Source: Leucoraja ocellata
Lineage: Eukaryota
Length of the DNA: 64,000 bases
Direction: 5' to 3'
NCBI GenBank assembly: GCA_036785375.1
Contig: JAWMAR010000751.1
Location: forward strand, 186,001 to 250,000
A model generated the notes under the pieces. The model saw nothing but the letters and a program-made list of their open reading frames with translations, made no database searches and was not told the DNA's origin. The position numbers were made by a program, and so were the translations under genes. Below, one piece after another: positions 62,749 through 64,000 of the stretch (position 1 is the stretch's first letter; every line of letters begins with the position of its first letter).

Positions 62749-64000
62749 TTCAGGTTTTAATTTTGATCATTCCATAAACTTAACACAATAACATATGAAG
62801 ATCTTTCTGCAATAGTACCAACAACTTAAATGTTTGGGATACAGTTAATTTATTTTTTGTTTCCAGATACTGAGGTCAGGCAGAAAACAATGTTAAGGTT
62901 TAACATTGATGAGTATTAATGTGAATTACTTATAGTGGAAAGTCATTGCCCCGTAATCAGAATGGTTTGTCTCTTCATTAATGCCGGTTAGCTGAGTTTA
63001 CCAATGTTAACTGATGTTATTTCAGAATGCCCAAATCCACTAATTATTTACTCACAATTAATGCATTATGTGGAATTTGAATAATTAACACATCACTAAC
63101 AAATCTGGGGAGATAGTAGTTGAGCATTCATTTATTTGAGCTTGTTCTAACATCCAATGAGACCGTGGCTGAACCTGTGATCTAATTTCATAACCTCTTA
63201 ATAACTTTCATAAAGTCTCATCCAGCAATGGTAAGATGAGGAGCGACATTTGATCTAGCATTAATGACCATTTAAAGGGTCTCAAAATACGACCAAGCTT
63301 TGAAGTGTTTCCTAACTTCAGTCCCGATAGGCTGGCTCTATAACTTTTTTAACTACATCTATTAATGCTATATTTTCCCAACCAGTAATCTCCAGACACA
63401 CAGTAATTTTCTAAATTCAGGGAATACAACCATTGTTTGTGAACAACACCCATGTCATTCTAATAAATTTTGCTCCCTTCTAGACTAATGAAATATTTCT
63501 AAAGTACAGTACCTAGAACTGAAAAGAATACTTCTGACGTGGTGGCTTAGCACTTTGCAATAATTATGATCCTTTGTATTTTGGCTCTCCAAATATAAAC
63601 TTTAGCAGTGTTAGGTTGTTTGATTGTTCTTTTTCAATTGTCTTCGATAACGATTCTAAGATTCGTACAAGTTAATTTCCAAGTTTCTCTGGATATCCAC
63701 ACTAGTTTCTGTTTTTTCAATATTAAAAAGTTGCACTGTTGCTTTAAGACTGAAAAGGATGAGGTTACATTTGTTTATATTGAAATACACTTGCTTAAGT
63801 TTTAATGTGGCTCAGTTCCTTTGATATCACTTACACGGTATATATATTAGAAAACTTTCCCTAGAATGAATGGCAATGATTCCAACATAGTAAGTTAAAC
63901 ACCTACTATTTCTAACTTTCCACTCCACCAATGCTGCACATAATTAACAATCCGATCTGTGGTTTCACTCTGCTTTTACTCTGCAGGCTGCAGGCTGCCA

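Overview
Vertebrate genomic DNA, most likely from a cartilaginous fish (skate/ray-like); this is inferred from the repeat content (V-SINE/CR1 pairs, Penelope-like and Rex1/Babar elements) and the protein divergence. Three genes are present in the same order and relative orientation as human 3q22: PCCB exons 1-3 (minus), the complete two-exon MSL2 (plus, 590 aa) and the last nine coding exons of PPP2R3A (minus). All exon junctions called here are GT-AG and in phase. PCCB and MSL2 lie head-to-head across a compact CpG island that contains an inverted pair of ACTACAnnTCCCAGCA motifs. The MSL2 leader has a chain of uORFs and an in-frame upstream ATG. The most unusual signal is a family of roughly 20 short Penelope-derived insertions carrying a minimal hammerhead-ribozyme-like core (CTGAAGA-A-stem II-GAAAC-GTH). 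They occur as the 3' end of GIY-YIG Penelope fragments, as a circularly permuted ~263-nt monomer, as fold-back hairpins inverted inside the ribozyme stem, and as a copy extended by AT-rich repeats, several with 11-16 nt target-site duplications (TSDs). Two copies with intact cores are in sense orientation inside PPP2R3A introns, one 29 nt from a splice donor. Ribozyme activity and all TE family names are inferences from visual motif recognition; no searches were run.
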